From positions 976,967 through 1,040,966 of the forward strand of contig OZ244855.1 of the NCBI GenBank assembly GCA_965220975.1: 64,000 nucleotides of DNA, read 5' to 3'. The translations under genes were made by a program, and so were the position numbers. Shown in pieces: positions 40,284 to 51,104 of the stretch. This DNA comes from Candidatus Poriferihabitans sp. (GTDB lineage Bacteria > Pseudomonadota > Gammaproteobacteria > Arenicellales > Poriferihabitantaceae). The notes beneath the pieces were generated by a model. It was not told the origin of the DNA and ran no database searches. It worked only from the letters and a program-made list of their open reading frames with translations. Numbering within the stretch: position 1 is the stretch's first letter; every line of letters begins with the position of its first letter.

Positions 40284-40769
40284 TTATGGCTTTATGTAGG
40301 AATAGCCCAAAGCCTGCAACTTGGCTACTTCTGCTACACCGCTTGGAACAATATCTTCTTCGGAAACATCGTACAAGTCGGTTTCATAATCCACTTTGCG
40401 CCCATTGATAGTATTGTTGCAAACCTGAAATTCAACTCCTTGATTTTTCAGTCCTGCGATCCTGGCGGTCATGTTCTCATTTGCATTGGCATGTTTGAAT
40501 TTGCCAAGTTTCTCCAGTGATTCTGGCTCGAGCAATAATGCCAGCCCATTTCCATGCAACACTACCTTGAGATCCAAATTCTCAGCCCCAACAGCATTAA
40601 TGTGATTTTGAATGTTGCGAAGTGCGCCGCTCTGAGCTTTCGGGTCGTCATAATTTATGTGATAGACAACTTTTTGTTTTTGATAAGTAGACTCTCCACT
40701 GATGGACACTCCGGTCCAGAGTATAGATGTCAGCATCGTAAAAAAAACAACTTTAACCAGCGATTTCAT
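40284..40769 (-). CDS. Secreted DsrE/DsrF-like (COG1416-type) protein
   Basis: 161 aa with a signal peptide. Motifs: KVVYHINYDDPKAQSGALRNIQNHINA and FQVCNNTI, resembling the DsrE-like family. Confidence 0.5.
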   Translation of the reverse strand: MKSLVKVVFFTMLTSILWTGVSISGESTYQKQKVVYHINYDDPKAQSGALRNIQNHINAVGAENLDLKVVLHGNGLALLLEPESLEKLGKFKHANANENMTARIAGLKNQGVEFQVCNNTINGRKVDYETDLYDVSEEDIVPSGVAEVAKLQALGYSYIKP

Positions 40770-41149
40770 CTCGATTCCTCAGCAATTGAAAGTTGGTGTT
40801 TAGTTCCTGCTAGTTTAGCACAGGTAACCTGCATTAAAAACTTTGCCCTCGGTTAGCGGATAGAAGTGTGAGTTTTCGGCTAGCCGGATTCGAAGACGGT
40901 ACTGAATATCAACAAATAATTTATCAGCAAATAAATTCGATCTTTGAAAAATTAGTAATGGTAATTTGCGCTTCAAACAATTAAGATATAGCATGTCTGC
41001 TGAATTGAGATGGCAATGATACAAACCGACTCGCAATTGAAATCAGTTTGTGCAAATCAAAGATTGTCACTTGCATTCGTCACACAAACGCTGCATTGAA
41101 CAGCGTAATTAATGTAAATTAAATTAGTATCACAAGAGGAAAACATACT

Positions 41150-42253
41150 ATGTCTAAACTTTTCAAGTCTCTGTCTGCAACGATTGTTGGTTTGATTCTT
41201 ATCACATCACAGTCTGCACTTGCAGAAGTTGTTATCAAAGTGCAATCAGTTTTGCCCACCAAAGCAGACGAAATCGTTATGGTCAAGGATTTTGCTGCAA
41301 ATGTAGCTGCTTTAACCAATGGCGAGGTCAAGATTGAAGTCCTTCCCGATGGGGCTGTTGTTAGTGGACGCGATATTTTGAATGCAGTCCATACCGGTCT
41401 AGTCGATGCAGGCTTTGCATGGACCCACTATTGGTCTGGTCAACATCCAGCTGCGATGCTGTTTGGTTCTCCCGTAGCAGGTGCCGGGGTTGGTATCGAC
41501 AACATAGCCTTTCTTTCGTGGTATATGAATGGTGGCGGTAAAGAACTATACAACCGCCTGTGGGATGAAATGGGTCTGAATATTCATGGTCTAATGCTTC
41601 AGCCGGTTGGCCCCGAAGCTTTAGGATGGTTCAAAGAACCAATCAACAGCATGGATGATTTTCGAAAATACCGTTTTCGTACACCTCCAGGTATTCCTGG
41701 GCAAACCTATAAAGATATTGGTATCGCCTCTGTCGCTATGGGTGGTGGCGATATCCTGCCTGCTCTGGAAAAAGGAACAATTGATGCTGCCGAATGGTGC
41801 TGTCCGAAACCCGATAGTGTTTTTGGTTTCCAGAAAGTACTCAAACATTACTATTTGCAAGGTCTACATCAGGTAGTTGTCAATGCTGACATGTACATTA
41901 ATGGCGATGTCTGGAACAGCCTCACTAGAGATCAGCAAATTGCCATGGAAGTTGCTGCAGATGCATCCTTGATTCGCTCTTTGAGTTATCGAATTTATGA
42001 AAACGGCAAGGCTCTCAAGGACTTGACCGAGAATCACGGTGTGATCTTGCATGATACTCCTGCTGATTACTTTCCAGAATATATGAATGCGGCTCGTGCA
42101 AGCCTTGAGAAAAACGCGGCAGAAAACGAGTTTTTCGCAGAAGTCTGGAACTCGCAAAAAGAGTTTGCAAAGATCGCTGTACCGTTTTGGGCGGGAGCAC
42201 AATCGTCAAATGCGCAACTTGGACAGGCGTACGCTAAATCCTTGCAGAACTGA
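41150..42253 (+). CDS. TRAP transporter substrate-binding protein (DctP-like, COG4663-type)
   Basis: 367 aa. Signal peptide ends ITSQSALA. GAGG lies upstream. Followed by DctQ- and DctM-like genes. Confidence 0.75.
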   Translation: MSKLFKSLSATIVGLILITSQSALAEVVIKVQSVLPTKADEIVMVKDFAANVAALTNGEVKIEVLPDGAVVSGRDILNAVHTGLVDAGFAWTHYWSGQHPAAMLFGSPVAGAGVGIDNIAFLSWYMNGGGKELYNRLWDEMGLNIHGLMLQPVGPEALGWFKEPINSMDDFRKYRFRTPPGIPGQTYKDIGIASVAMGGGDILPALEKGTIDAAEWCCPKPDSVFGFQKVLKHYYLQGLHQVVVNADMYINGDVWNSLTRDQQIAMEVAADASLIRSLSYRIYENGKALKDLTENHGVILHDTPADYFPEYMNAARASLEKNAAENEFFAEVWNSQKEFAKIAVPFWAGAQSSNAQLGQAYAKSLQN

Positions 42254-42349
42254 CGATCCGCATCACCACAATTGTCGAATCCTTCCGGCCAAAAAAAGAG
42301 TCTGCTCTCTTGGCCGGAAGGTTCCAATGCCATTTCCATGGGTTGACCT

Positions 42350-42964
42350 ATGGCTAAAGACCCGGAAACCTCCCAGCTCGATATAACCGACGAGCTCATA
42401 GCTGAGCGGAGATCTGGAGGAGACGAGATGCCTCCAGACATGCCTGCATGGATGGTGGCAACCATTCTCAATATCGATCGTTTCAGTCACTGGATAGGAC
42501 GAATCGTCTGCTGGTTACTGGTACCGATGTGTTTGGCAATGGTTTATGAGGTCATTGCCCGCAAATTTTTCGTAGCCCCTACCATGTGGGCTTATGATGT
42601 CAGCCGCATGCTGTATGGCGCATTATTCACCCTTGGTGCGGGATATGCACTTTACAGGGGAATACACATACGAGCAGACTTTCTATACCGCAACTGGTCA
42701 TCCAGAACACAGGGAACGATTGACGCCTTGCTCTATTTGCTGTTTTACTTTCCGGGCCTGCTGGTTTTCATGTGGATGTCAATCGACTACGCATGGCTCG
42801 CCATTTCAAAAGGAGAACGCGGTATGGATACAGCATGGATGCCATATATGGGCCCGATTAAGAGCGCCTTACCGGTTGGCATTCTTTTCTTGTTAATTCA
42901 AGGCATTTCGGAGTTTCTGAAAAGTTATTATGCGGCCACTCGCGGCAGGTGGCCTGGCGAATGA
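42350..42964 (+). CDS. TRAP transporter small permease (DctQ-like)
   Basis: 204 aa with four TM segments, positioned between the P and M components. Confidence 0.7.
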   Translation: MAKDPETSQLDITDELIAERRSGGDEMPPDMPAWMVATILNIDRFSHWIGRIVCWLLVPMCLAMVYEVIARKFFVAPTMWAYDVSRMLYGALFTLGAGYALYRGIHIRADFLYRNWSSRTQGTIDALLYLLFYFPGLLVFMWMSIDYAWLAISKGERGMDTAWMPYMGPIKSALPVGILFLLIQGISEFLKSYYAATRGRWPGE

Positions 42965-44316
42965 TTGACGCGATCATCAACCTGCAGTCCGAGTATGTCG
43001 GCATCATCATGATCGGAGTCATGCTGTTTGCCATATTTGTCGGATTTCCGATTTCATTCACTCTGATTTTTCTCGGCATGGTATTTGGCATGTGGGGATT
43101 TGGGCATCTTGTTTTCTACTTGATGACTTTCCAGTTCTCCAATGTCATGCTGGAACAGACCCTGGCTGCTGTACCGCTATTCATTTTCATGGGGATTCTC
43201 ATGGAACAGGCGGGGCTTATGGAGCGATTATTCTCGGCTGTTCAGTTAACTCTCTCGCGTACACGCGGTGCATTGTACATCGCAGTTTTGTTTGTTTCTA
43301 CGATTTTTGCGGCTGCCACCGGCATTGTCGGTGCCTCGGTGACCATACTTGGCATTATGGCTGCTAAAACAATGAACAAGTCGGGCTATGACGTAAAGCT
43401 TGCTGCCGGCACCATTACTGCCGGTGGAACCTTGGGTATACTGATTCCGCCGAGCATAATGTTGGTTGTGATGGGGCCAATTCTTGAGGTACCAGTCACC
43501 GACCTGTTTGCGGCTGCCATCATACCCGGATTCATGCTGGCATTTCTGTATACCGGATATGCACTCATTCGCTGTCAGTTAAATCCCTCTCTTGGGCCGC
43601 CATTATCGGAAGAACTCCAACCAGAATCCTTACGCCATGTTTTTTACGAGTTTTTCATGGGACTCGTACCGCCAGCCACTCTGGTTGCCTTTGCTCTTGG
43701 CAGTATTCTGTTTGGTTTTGCAACACCTACGGAGGCAGCAGGTATGGGAGCAATGGGTGCATTTTTGCTAACCGCGGCTTACCGCAAGTTGACCTGGCCC
43801 GGGTTCAAGGATGCACTGATAAAGACCTTGGAAATATCTGCTCTGATTCTGGTGCTCGTTGCCGCATCCAATTTCTTTGGTGCCGTATTTTCCAGACTGG
43901 GCACCCCAAACATGCTTACCGAATATCTGCTTCATCTGGATCTTCCTCCCTATCTGATTCTTGCCATGATTATGGCACTTATTTTTGTTCTCGGATGGCC
44001 GCTTGAATGGGTTCCTATCGTCTTGATTATCGTCCCCATCCTACTGCCTTTAGTTGATCAGATGAACTTTAATCTGATCTGGTTTGGCATCTTGGTCGCA
44101 GTGAATCTCCAAACGGCCTGGTTATCACCTCCTGTGGCTCTTTCCGCCTATTTTTTGAAGGGGGTTGTTCCACAGTGGGATCTCAAGGACATTTATGGCG
44201 GAATGCTGCAGTTCATGGTCATTCAATTGATTGGACTGATTTTGATTATCATTTTTCCGCAAATCGCTTTATGGTTACCGGAATACCTTGATCAATTGGC
44301 CAGGGCAAGCCTGTAA
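42961..44316 (+). CDS. TRAP transporter large permease (DctM-like)
   Basis: The start ATG at 42961 forms an ATGA overlap with the DctQ stop. About 451 aa, polytopic. Confidence 0.8.
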   Translation: MIDAIINLQSEYVGIIMIGVMLFAIFVGFPISFTLIFLGMVFGMWGFGHLVFYLMTFQFSNVMLEQTLAAVPLFIFMGILMEQAGLMERLFSAVQLTLSRTRGALYIAVLFVSTIFAAATGIVGASVTILGIMAAKTMNKSGYDVKLAAGTITAGGTLGILIPPSIMLVVMGPILEVPVTDLFAAAIIPGFMLAFLYTGYALIRCQLNPSLGPPLSEELQPESLRHVFYEFFMGLVPPATLVAFALGSILFGFATPTEAAGMGAMGAFLLTAAYRKLTWPGFKDALIKTLEISALILVLVAASNFFGAVFSRLGTPNMLTEYLLHLDLPPYLILAMIMALIFVLGWPLEWVPIVLIIVPILLPLVDQMNFNLIWFGILVAVNLQTAWLSPPVALSAYFLKGVVPQWDLKDIYGGMLQFMVIQLIGLILIIIFPQIALWLPEYLDQLARASL

Positions 44317-45648
<1,332 letters not shown>

Positions 45649-45680
45649 CTCTCTTCATCAATCCGGTGGCACGATCCATC

Positions 45681-46439
45681 ATGAATCAATTTTCCCTTGA
45701 AGGGAAAAGTTTCGTAGTTACTGGCGCAAGTTCAGGAATAGGCAGGGCCGCAAGCCGTTTTTTGGCTGAAGCCGGTGCACAGGTTATCTGCATAGCCAGA
45801 CGTCAAGAGCCGCTTGATGAACTGGTTGCTGCAATCAATGACAAGGGGGGCAGGGCTTCAAGATTGACTGCGGATTTGTCGGTCCTCTTAGACCTGTCCA
45901 GTATCGCAAGTTCCTGTCAGAAAATTTACCAGCCTATTCATGGTCTGGTCAATGCTGCAGGGGTTAACCTCCGACAGCCTGTCGATGAAATCACCATCGA
46001 CAGCTGGCAGTCAACCCTGAATATAAATCTGGCGGCTCCATTTTTTTTCTCGAGGGAATTTGTTTCGCAAATGAAAGCGGCAGGTTATGGCAGGATTATC
46101 AATTTTGCATCGTTGCAGTCAGTCCGGGCATTTCCGAATGGGCTTGCCTATGGTGCATCGAAAGGAGGCATTTGCCAGCTGACGCGTGCCATGGCCGAAG
46201 CGTGGTCCCACAATTCAATCACCTGCAATGCCATCGCCCCCGGATTTTTTCCAACCGAATTGACGGAGCCGGTATTTTCAGATTCGAAAACCCGTCAATG
46301 GGCGGCTGATCAAACTCTTATCGGCAGGAATGGGGTAATGGAAGACCTCTCCGGAGCCTTGATTTTTCTGGCATCTGAAGCATCGAAATACATAACGGGA
46401 CAAGTACTGTTTGTCGATGGGGGATTTACCGCAAGGTAA
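45681..46439 (+). CDS. Short-chain dehydrogenase/reductase (SDR)
   Basis: Motifs: VTGASSGIGRA (TGxxxGxG), NAAGV, YGASKGG (YxxxK). Confidence 0.8.
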   Translation: MNQFSLEGKSFVVTGASSGIGRAASRFLAEAGAQVICIARRQEPLDELVAAINDKGGRASRLTADLSVLLDLSSIASSCQKIYQPIHGLVNAAGVNLRQPVDEITIDSWQSTLNINLAAPFFFSREFVSQMKAAGYGRIINFASLQSVRAFPNGLAYGASKGGICQLTRAMAEAWSHNSITCNAIAPGFFPTELTEPVFSDSKTRQWAADQTLIGRNGVMEDLSGALIFLASEASKYITGQVLFVDGGFTAR

Positions 46440-46479
46440 ATGCGAACTGATCGACTGTTTGTGGAGTAAGTGGATACGA

Positions 46480-46870
46480 TGCCCTGATTCTTGATTGACA
46501 ATTTGCAATACTGCAACTGATCCGTGAAAATTTTTCGGCAGTTGTGCGAGCATTGACATTCACTTAACAATTTTTAGGAGCCTAAAGTCGATGCCGGGCT
46601 TCTACATCGTTTCGGCGGGGGTGGCCACTGGCCACTCTCTCCGGAATGTGATTGTCAATAGTGGATAATCTATTTGCTATGAAACCGTAGAATCAATCTT
46701 GTTTCATTTACTGCTTGGGGGAAGCAATCCAAGACCGTAATTCAATTCATGCAGAGCAATAGTTGAAAATCACCAGTCTGATTGTGTGGACAGAAACGAC
46801 CCGCCCTGAGGTTCGGAATTTGATTGGTCAGTTCAGAAGTAACATTAGTGTCAATCAGAAAGCCCCTCAT
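46480..46870 (-). pseudogene. Decayed PIN-domain (VapC-like) toxin gene
   Basis: The minus strand from 46870 reads MRGFLIDTNVTSELTNQIPN..., the canonical VapC start. Stops and frameshifts follow, with fragments such as HELNYGLGLLPPSSK. The left boundary is approximate. Confidence 0.5.
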
Positions 46871-46927
46871 TCTCTTCAGCCTTCATGAAAGGAAAATTCC
46901 GATTGGATCTTCTGCCGAATTGAGCGT

Positions 46928-47149
46928 TTAGACCAGCACCTGCTGGCATATTTCCACAAGCCATTTGCCCGCACTTTGGCCAAGCTTGACCATTGAATGC
47001 CATTCGTCATCCGGCATGATAACAAAAGAGTGCCTGACACCGATGTGCTATGGTCCTTCCTGCTCGGCGAGGCGCATTATCTCTGACAAGCGGAACTTTG
47101 CCTCAGGTACTGTCCAGACCCGTTTGGGCTTATTTTTGGGAGTTTTCAT
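46928..47149 (-). pseudogene. Phd/YefM-type antitoxin gene with in-frame TAG
   Basis: The minus strand reads MKTPKNKPKRVWTVPEAKFRLSEIMRLAEQEGP*HIGVRHSFVIMPDDEWHSMVKL... The TAG at 47048..47050 sits where the family has Q (CAG). Confidence 0.55.
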
Positions 47150-47486
47150 TTTCCTATGGTCTTTTTCGAATATGCACGTCCGAGTAGAGTTTAAGATGTC
47201 CTCAAAATCAAGTCGGTCATTGTAATTTGCCGATGCCAGACCAAGGATGCACCACAAGAGGATTGACATTTATCAAAAATGCAGTAATTTGGAAATAGGT
47301 GCGATAAGACTTGAATCAGCATGATCCAGCAGTTTCATTTTTGATATGCATCTCAGGCTACAATGCAATATGCACGTCAAGAACATCGTTGTGGAATACG
47401 GCAGATTGCCCTTGATCTCCTACGGTTTGGCTTTCTGGCGTGATTCCGGAAAGTATTCAATCCTTATGTAAATAATCGAGTTGACT

Positions 47487-48473
47487 ATGAAAGCACTGGT
47501 TTTTACTGCTGAACAGGAGATGACCTACCGCGAAGAACCGGAGCCTGAAGTAGGGCAGGGTGACTCGTTGGTTAAAATTCAGAGTGTCGGAATTTGCGGT
47601 TCCGACATGCATGCCTATCTGGGGCATGATGAACGTCGGATTCCGCCCCTCATTCTTGGGCACGAAGCTGTGGGTACAGTCATTGAAGGGTCCAGTCCCG
47701 GCAGTCGTGTAGTGCTGAATCCCTTGATTACTTGCATGCAGTGCGACTATTGCCTGTCAGGAAGACAAAATCTCTGTGCTGAGCGTGATCTGATCGGCAT
47801 GTATAGACCGGGCGCATTTGCAGAAATGATCGCAATTCCCGAACGAAACCTGATCGAAGTTCCTGAGGGAATGGATGCCGACAAAGCTGCGCTAACAGAA
47901 CCCGGCGCGACTGCCATTCACGCTGTGAATCTGGCAGAACGATCGGTTTCACGACCAATCAGCGAAACCAGATGCCTTGTTATTGGTGCGGGCTCTGTCG
48001 GGTTATTGACTGCGCTTGCTCTCAAGGACAAGGGGGCTGAAACTGAAATTTCAGAAACCAACCCGCTTCGACGGCAGACTGTGGTGGATCATACAGACTG
48101 TTCAGTGTTTGACCCGATTGACAGCCCGCCTGATAGAGAGTCCTATGGTCTGGTGTTTGATGCGGTAGGCAATGCCAGGACCCGAAGTACTGCCGTGGAT
48201 TGTATTCGGCCCGGCGGCATTGTGGTACATATTGGCCTCATGGACAATGAAGGTCGGCTGGATACCCGTCGCATGACACTCCAGGAAATCACCTTCATCG
48301 GTTGTTATACGTATTCTCCTATCGATCTTGGGATTACTCTCGAAAAACTGCATAGTGGTGCTTTGGGATCTCTTGACTGGATTTCACCAAGACCATTGGA
48401 CAGCGGAGCAGAAGCATTCAAGCAAATACTCGAAGGACAATGTGCTGCTCCCAAAGTGGTGCTGCAAGTCTGA
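47487..48473 (+). CDS. Zinc-dependent medium-chain alcohol/polyol dehydrogenase
   Basis: Motifs: GICGSDMH, GHEAVG, CMQCDYCLSGRQNLC (structural Zn), VIGAGSVGL. Confidence 0.8.
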   Translation: MKALVFTAEQEMTYREEPEPEVGQGDSLVKIQSVGICGSDMHAYLGHDERRIPPLILGHEAVGTVIEGSSPGSRVVLNPLITCMQCDYCLSGRQNLCAERDLIGMYRPGAFAEMIAIPERNLIEVPEGMDADKAALTEPGATAIHAVNLAERSVSRPISETRCLVIGAGSVGLLTALALKDKGAETEISETNPLRRQTVVDHTDCSVFDPIDSPPDRESYGLVFDAVGNARTRSTAVDCIRPGGIVVHIGLMDNEGRLDTRRMTLQEITFIGCYTYSPIDLGITLEKLHSGALGSLDWISPRPLDSGAEAFKQILEGQCAAPKVVLQV

Positions 48474-48539
48474 TCTTGGCGCAAGAAGCTCCTGTGCTGA
48501 AAGAGGCTAATGCCCTCGGTCGCAAACTTGATCAAGCTA

Positions 48540-48969
48540 GGGTGTATTAACGCTAATCAGTGCATCGACGATGAGCGCGAAGACGATGAATCCGAGGAAC
48601 ATGATGTCGAGTTTCTCGAAGCGCGAGAACACACGTCGGAAGCCCTTGAGCCGCCGGAACAGGCACTCGAACTCGCGGTCCAGAACGCCGTTCTTCGACC
48701 ACCGGTTCATGCACGTGTAGATGGTGTGCCCGTTTCCGAAGTGCTCCGGCAGACCGCGCCACTTGCAGCCGTGCTCGGCCACGTAGAGAATGGCATTGAG
48801 GACCTGCAGGTTCGAGAGGCTGACATTGCCCCACTGCCTCAGCAACAGTGGCACAATGCGCTCATACTGTATCCGGATGAGTTCCACTTGCCTGTTCCTC
48901 CGCATTGCTTCAACTGAAAACAAGGGTGGCAAGTCTACCACATCCATGGCAAACTATGTTAACACGCCC
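48540..48969 (-). mobile_element. 430-bp internally deleted IS5-family (IS427-like) element
   Basis: Inverted ends are GGGTGTATTAAC (48540 onward) and GGGCGTGTTAAC (reverse complement of the 48969 end). They are flanked by TA (48538..48539) and TA (48970..48971) within C-TA-G. The 136-aa ORF 48537..48947(-) fuses the N-terminal HTH part (LNAILYVAEHGCKWRGLPEHFGNGHTIYTCMNRWSKNGV) to the C-terminal tail (RRLKGFRRVFSRFEKL). The DDE core is missing. GC-rich. Confidence 0.75.
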
Positions 48970-49017
48970 TAGATTGGACGGCCTGTTTCCCACGAAGATT
49001 CATGCGATTACAGAGAT

Positions 49018-49745
49018 TGAACCAGGAGTCCGCCATCAACGGATATCACGGCACCATTGATGAAGTTGCGGCATCGCTGACCAGCATTTAAATAACGGAA
49101 TATCTAGTTTCATGCATCTGTCCGACCCGGCCAGCAGATGTTTTTTCAATATATGCAGTCCCGGTACCAGAATCCAGATACTCTGGTTCATGTCTGTCTC
49201 GAAATAGCCAGGAAAGAGCGCATTGAAACGAACCCTCTTGGGTCAAGCTCCAGTGCCATAATTCTGGCAAGTTGAATAACTCCATCTTTTGAGACCGAAT
49301 AGGCTGACTGCCCAAGGCTCGGTTGCATCCCAAGGATAGAAGCAATATTCAGGATACATCCGGATCTATGGTTTTTCAGCATGAATCGGGAAACCACTCG
49401 TGAAAGTCGAAACATTCCATGTAAGTTGTTCTCCATGATTCCAGACCGGCTTGCTCCTCGATTCACGTAAAACGAGCTGAATGAACAATTCCTGCATTAT
49501 TGACCAGAATATCGATCGGCCCCAAGGCGTTGATCACCGATTTAACAGCATTGCAAATAGAGGTGCTACTTTAGACATCAAGCTCGACTGATAACGTCCT
49601 GTTTGACAGGCCAGAGGCAACATGGTTGAGCTTCATGAGACTCCAGCCCACAATTGCGCCCGTTGCCCAGGCTTGATCTAGTACATGCGCGAAATGAGCA
49701 CCTAATCCGCCTGATGTGCCGGTAACCAAGGCTACTCAACAGCAA
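49018..49745 (-). pseudogene. Decayed SDR gene
   Basis: The minus strand reads LVTGTSGGLG..., then LDV*, ...IDILVNNAGI..., FT*, ...NIASILG...YSVSKDG..., and a C-terminal INGAVISVDGGLLVQSL*. Several stops and frame changes are present. Confidence 0.7.
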
Positions 49746-49811
49746 ATCAAGCTGGTCATGGAAGCAGGAAGATCGGAATTCACGGACAAACCAGTAAGCA
49801 GGTGTTCAATA

Positions 49812-50103
49812 TGGCGTCCCCGAGAGGATTCGAACCTCTGACCTGTCGCTTCATACCCGCCACAGTTTTCACTGCCAGTTAATGACTGTTTGGAGTCTGG
49901 ACTATCTCTTGACCATGAGCATGACTGCCCGTAGGCCCCACCCGTTTAGTCTCTATACCTTCCGTTGTCGGCTTGGCTAGGGATTGCCATCGGCTTAAAC
50001 CGTTAAGGTTTCCCCTAATTTGAGTGGATTCATCCAGGGAGTTTCCAGCCCCGATGCCCAATATTTAGGAGGCGACCGTTCTATCCTGCTGAACTACGGG
50101 GAC
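49812..50103 (-). tRNA. tRNA-Arg(CCU) interrupted by a group I intron (exons 50103..50067 and 49851..49812; CCA encoded)
   Basis: The spliced sequence is GTCCCCG-TA-GTTC-AGCAGGATA-GAAC-G-GTCGC-CTCCTAA-GCGAC-AGGTC-AGAGG-TTCGAAT-CCTCT-CGGGGAC-G-CCA. It folds as a canonical 77-nt cloverleaf with anticodon CCT. Confidence 0.85.
49852..50066 (-). ncRNA. Group I intron (IC3-like), 215 nt, no ORF
   Basis: Inserted after U36 of the anticodon loop and ending in G (...GGGUAUG|AAGCGAC). The core strings are UCAAAUUAGGGGAAACC, AUGGCAAUCCCUAGCCAAGC and GAAGGUAUAGAGACUAAACGG. They closely parallel the bacterial tRNA-intron (Azoarcus-type) core as I remember it. Confidence 0.8.
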
Positions 50104-50256
50104 GCATAATCACTATTTTAACAGAATCTAGATTGGGCGGGTCAGGCGCTACTTGATAACGGCAGAGTCGGGTTATTTATTTAACTTATTGTATTATAAT
50201 AATTTTATTATAAGTAAATTTAGGTTTAGAAATAACTGAAATCCGCATCACATATG

Positions 50257-50810
50257 GAGTTATGGCTGAAAGTAGTGCGCGGGGCGGAAAGGGGTTCATC
50301 CAGCGGCTACCGTGTTCTGATCTGATTGTACCTCGATTCCGTCCTGGAACTGCACTTCCTCGATGACCTGTCCCAGCCTGCGGAACCCGCGCAGCCTTCG
50401 CCAGCGGGATTCCGCGCACTGGCCGAGCTTGAACATCATGTCGAGCATGGTGTCGCGGCTCAGGCAGCCCCGGGTCGTCCGGGTCCGGTGGCGGGTCGTG
50501 GCGAAGGTCGACTCGATCGAGTTGGTGGTGCGAATGCTCTGCCAGCGCTCGGCCGGAAAGTCGAAGAAGTTCATCCGTTTCTCGCGATCCTCGATCAGCT
50601 TCACCGCCGCGCCAGCAACTGCTGGGCGCCGTCGCACAGAATCCCGGTCAGGGCGTCCTCAAATTTTCCGATTTGCGAATAGTCAATAATGTTATCATCT
50701 CTCATGGTGGCGTACCTCCTGGTCAGCTTTTTAGTTAATGGAATAGTTAATCCGGCTACGCCGTCTTTTCAACCCCCTCCCACCCCGCGTACTACTCTCG
50801 ACCATAACTC
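50257..50810 (-). mobile_element. 554-bp internally deleted IS256-family element
   Basis: Terminal inverted repeats are GAGTTATGGCTGAAAGTAGTGCGCGGGGCGGAAAGGGGTT (50257 onward) and GAGTTATGGTCGAGAGTAGTACGCGGGGTGGGAGGGGGTT (reverse complement of the 50810 end). The transposase remnant has the N-terminus MRDDNIIDYSQIGKFEDALTGILCDGAQQLL. It is joined out of frame to the C-terminus FFDFPAERWQSIRTTNSIESTFATTRHRTRTTRGCLS. Confidence 0.85.
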
Positions 50811-51104
50811 ATCTCAGAAGCCCATATTGTATAAATATGTCTCGGCGGCGAGATAATAAATTGAAGTGAGAATCAAAAATTCAAAGGGTGAAGAAAATTC
50901 TGGAGTTGCAAGAGTTGCTCATTATCTCAATGAGAGAGACACTCGGGTTGTGTGCAGGTCGCCCGACGTTGGGCGGCAGGAGAACTACCGAAATTGTCCG
51001 ATTTCAAAATTGAAGCAAAAGTTCTCCATTTTCGAGAATACGGTCTATAATCTGCCTCAGCCAACTGAAAATGTAAAGGAATCAAGTAGAGGGGATTCGG
51101 ATTG

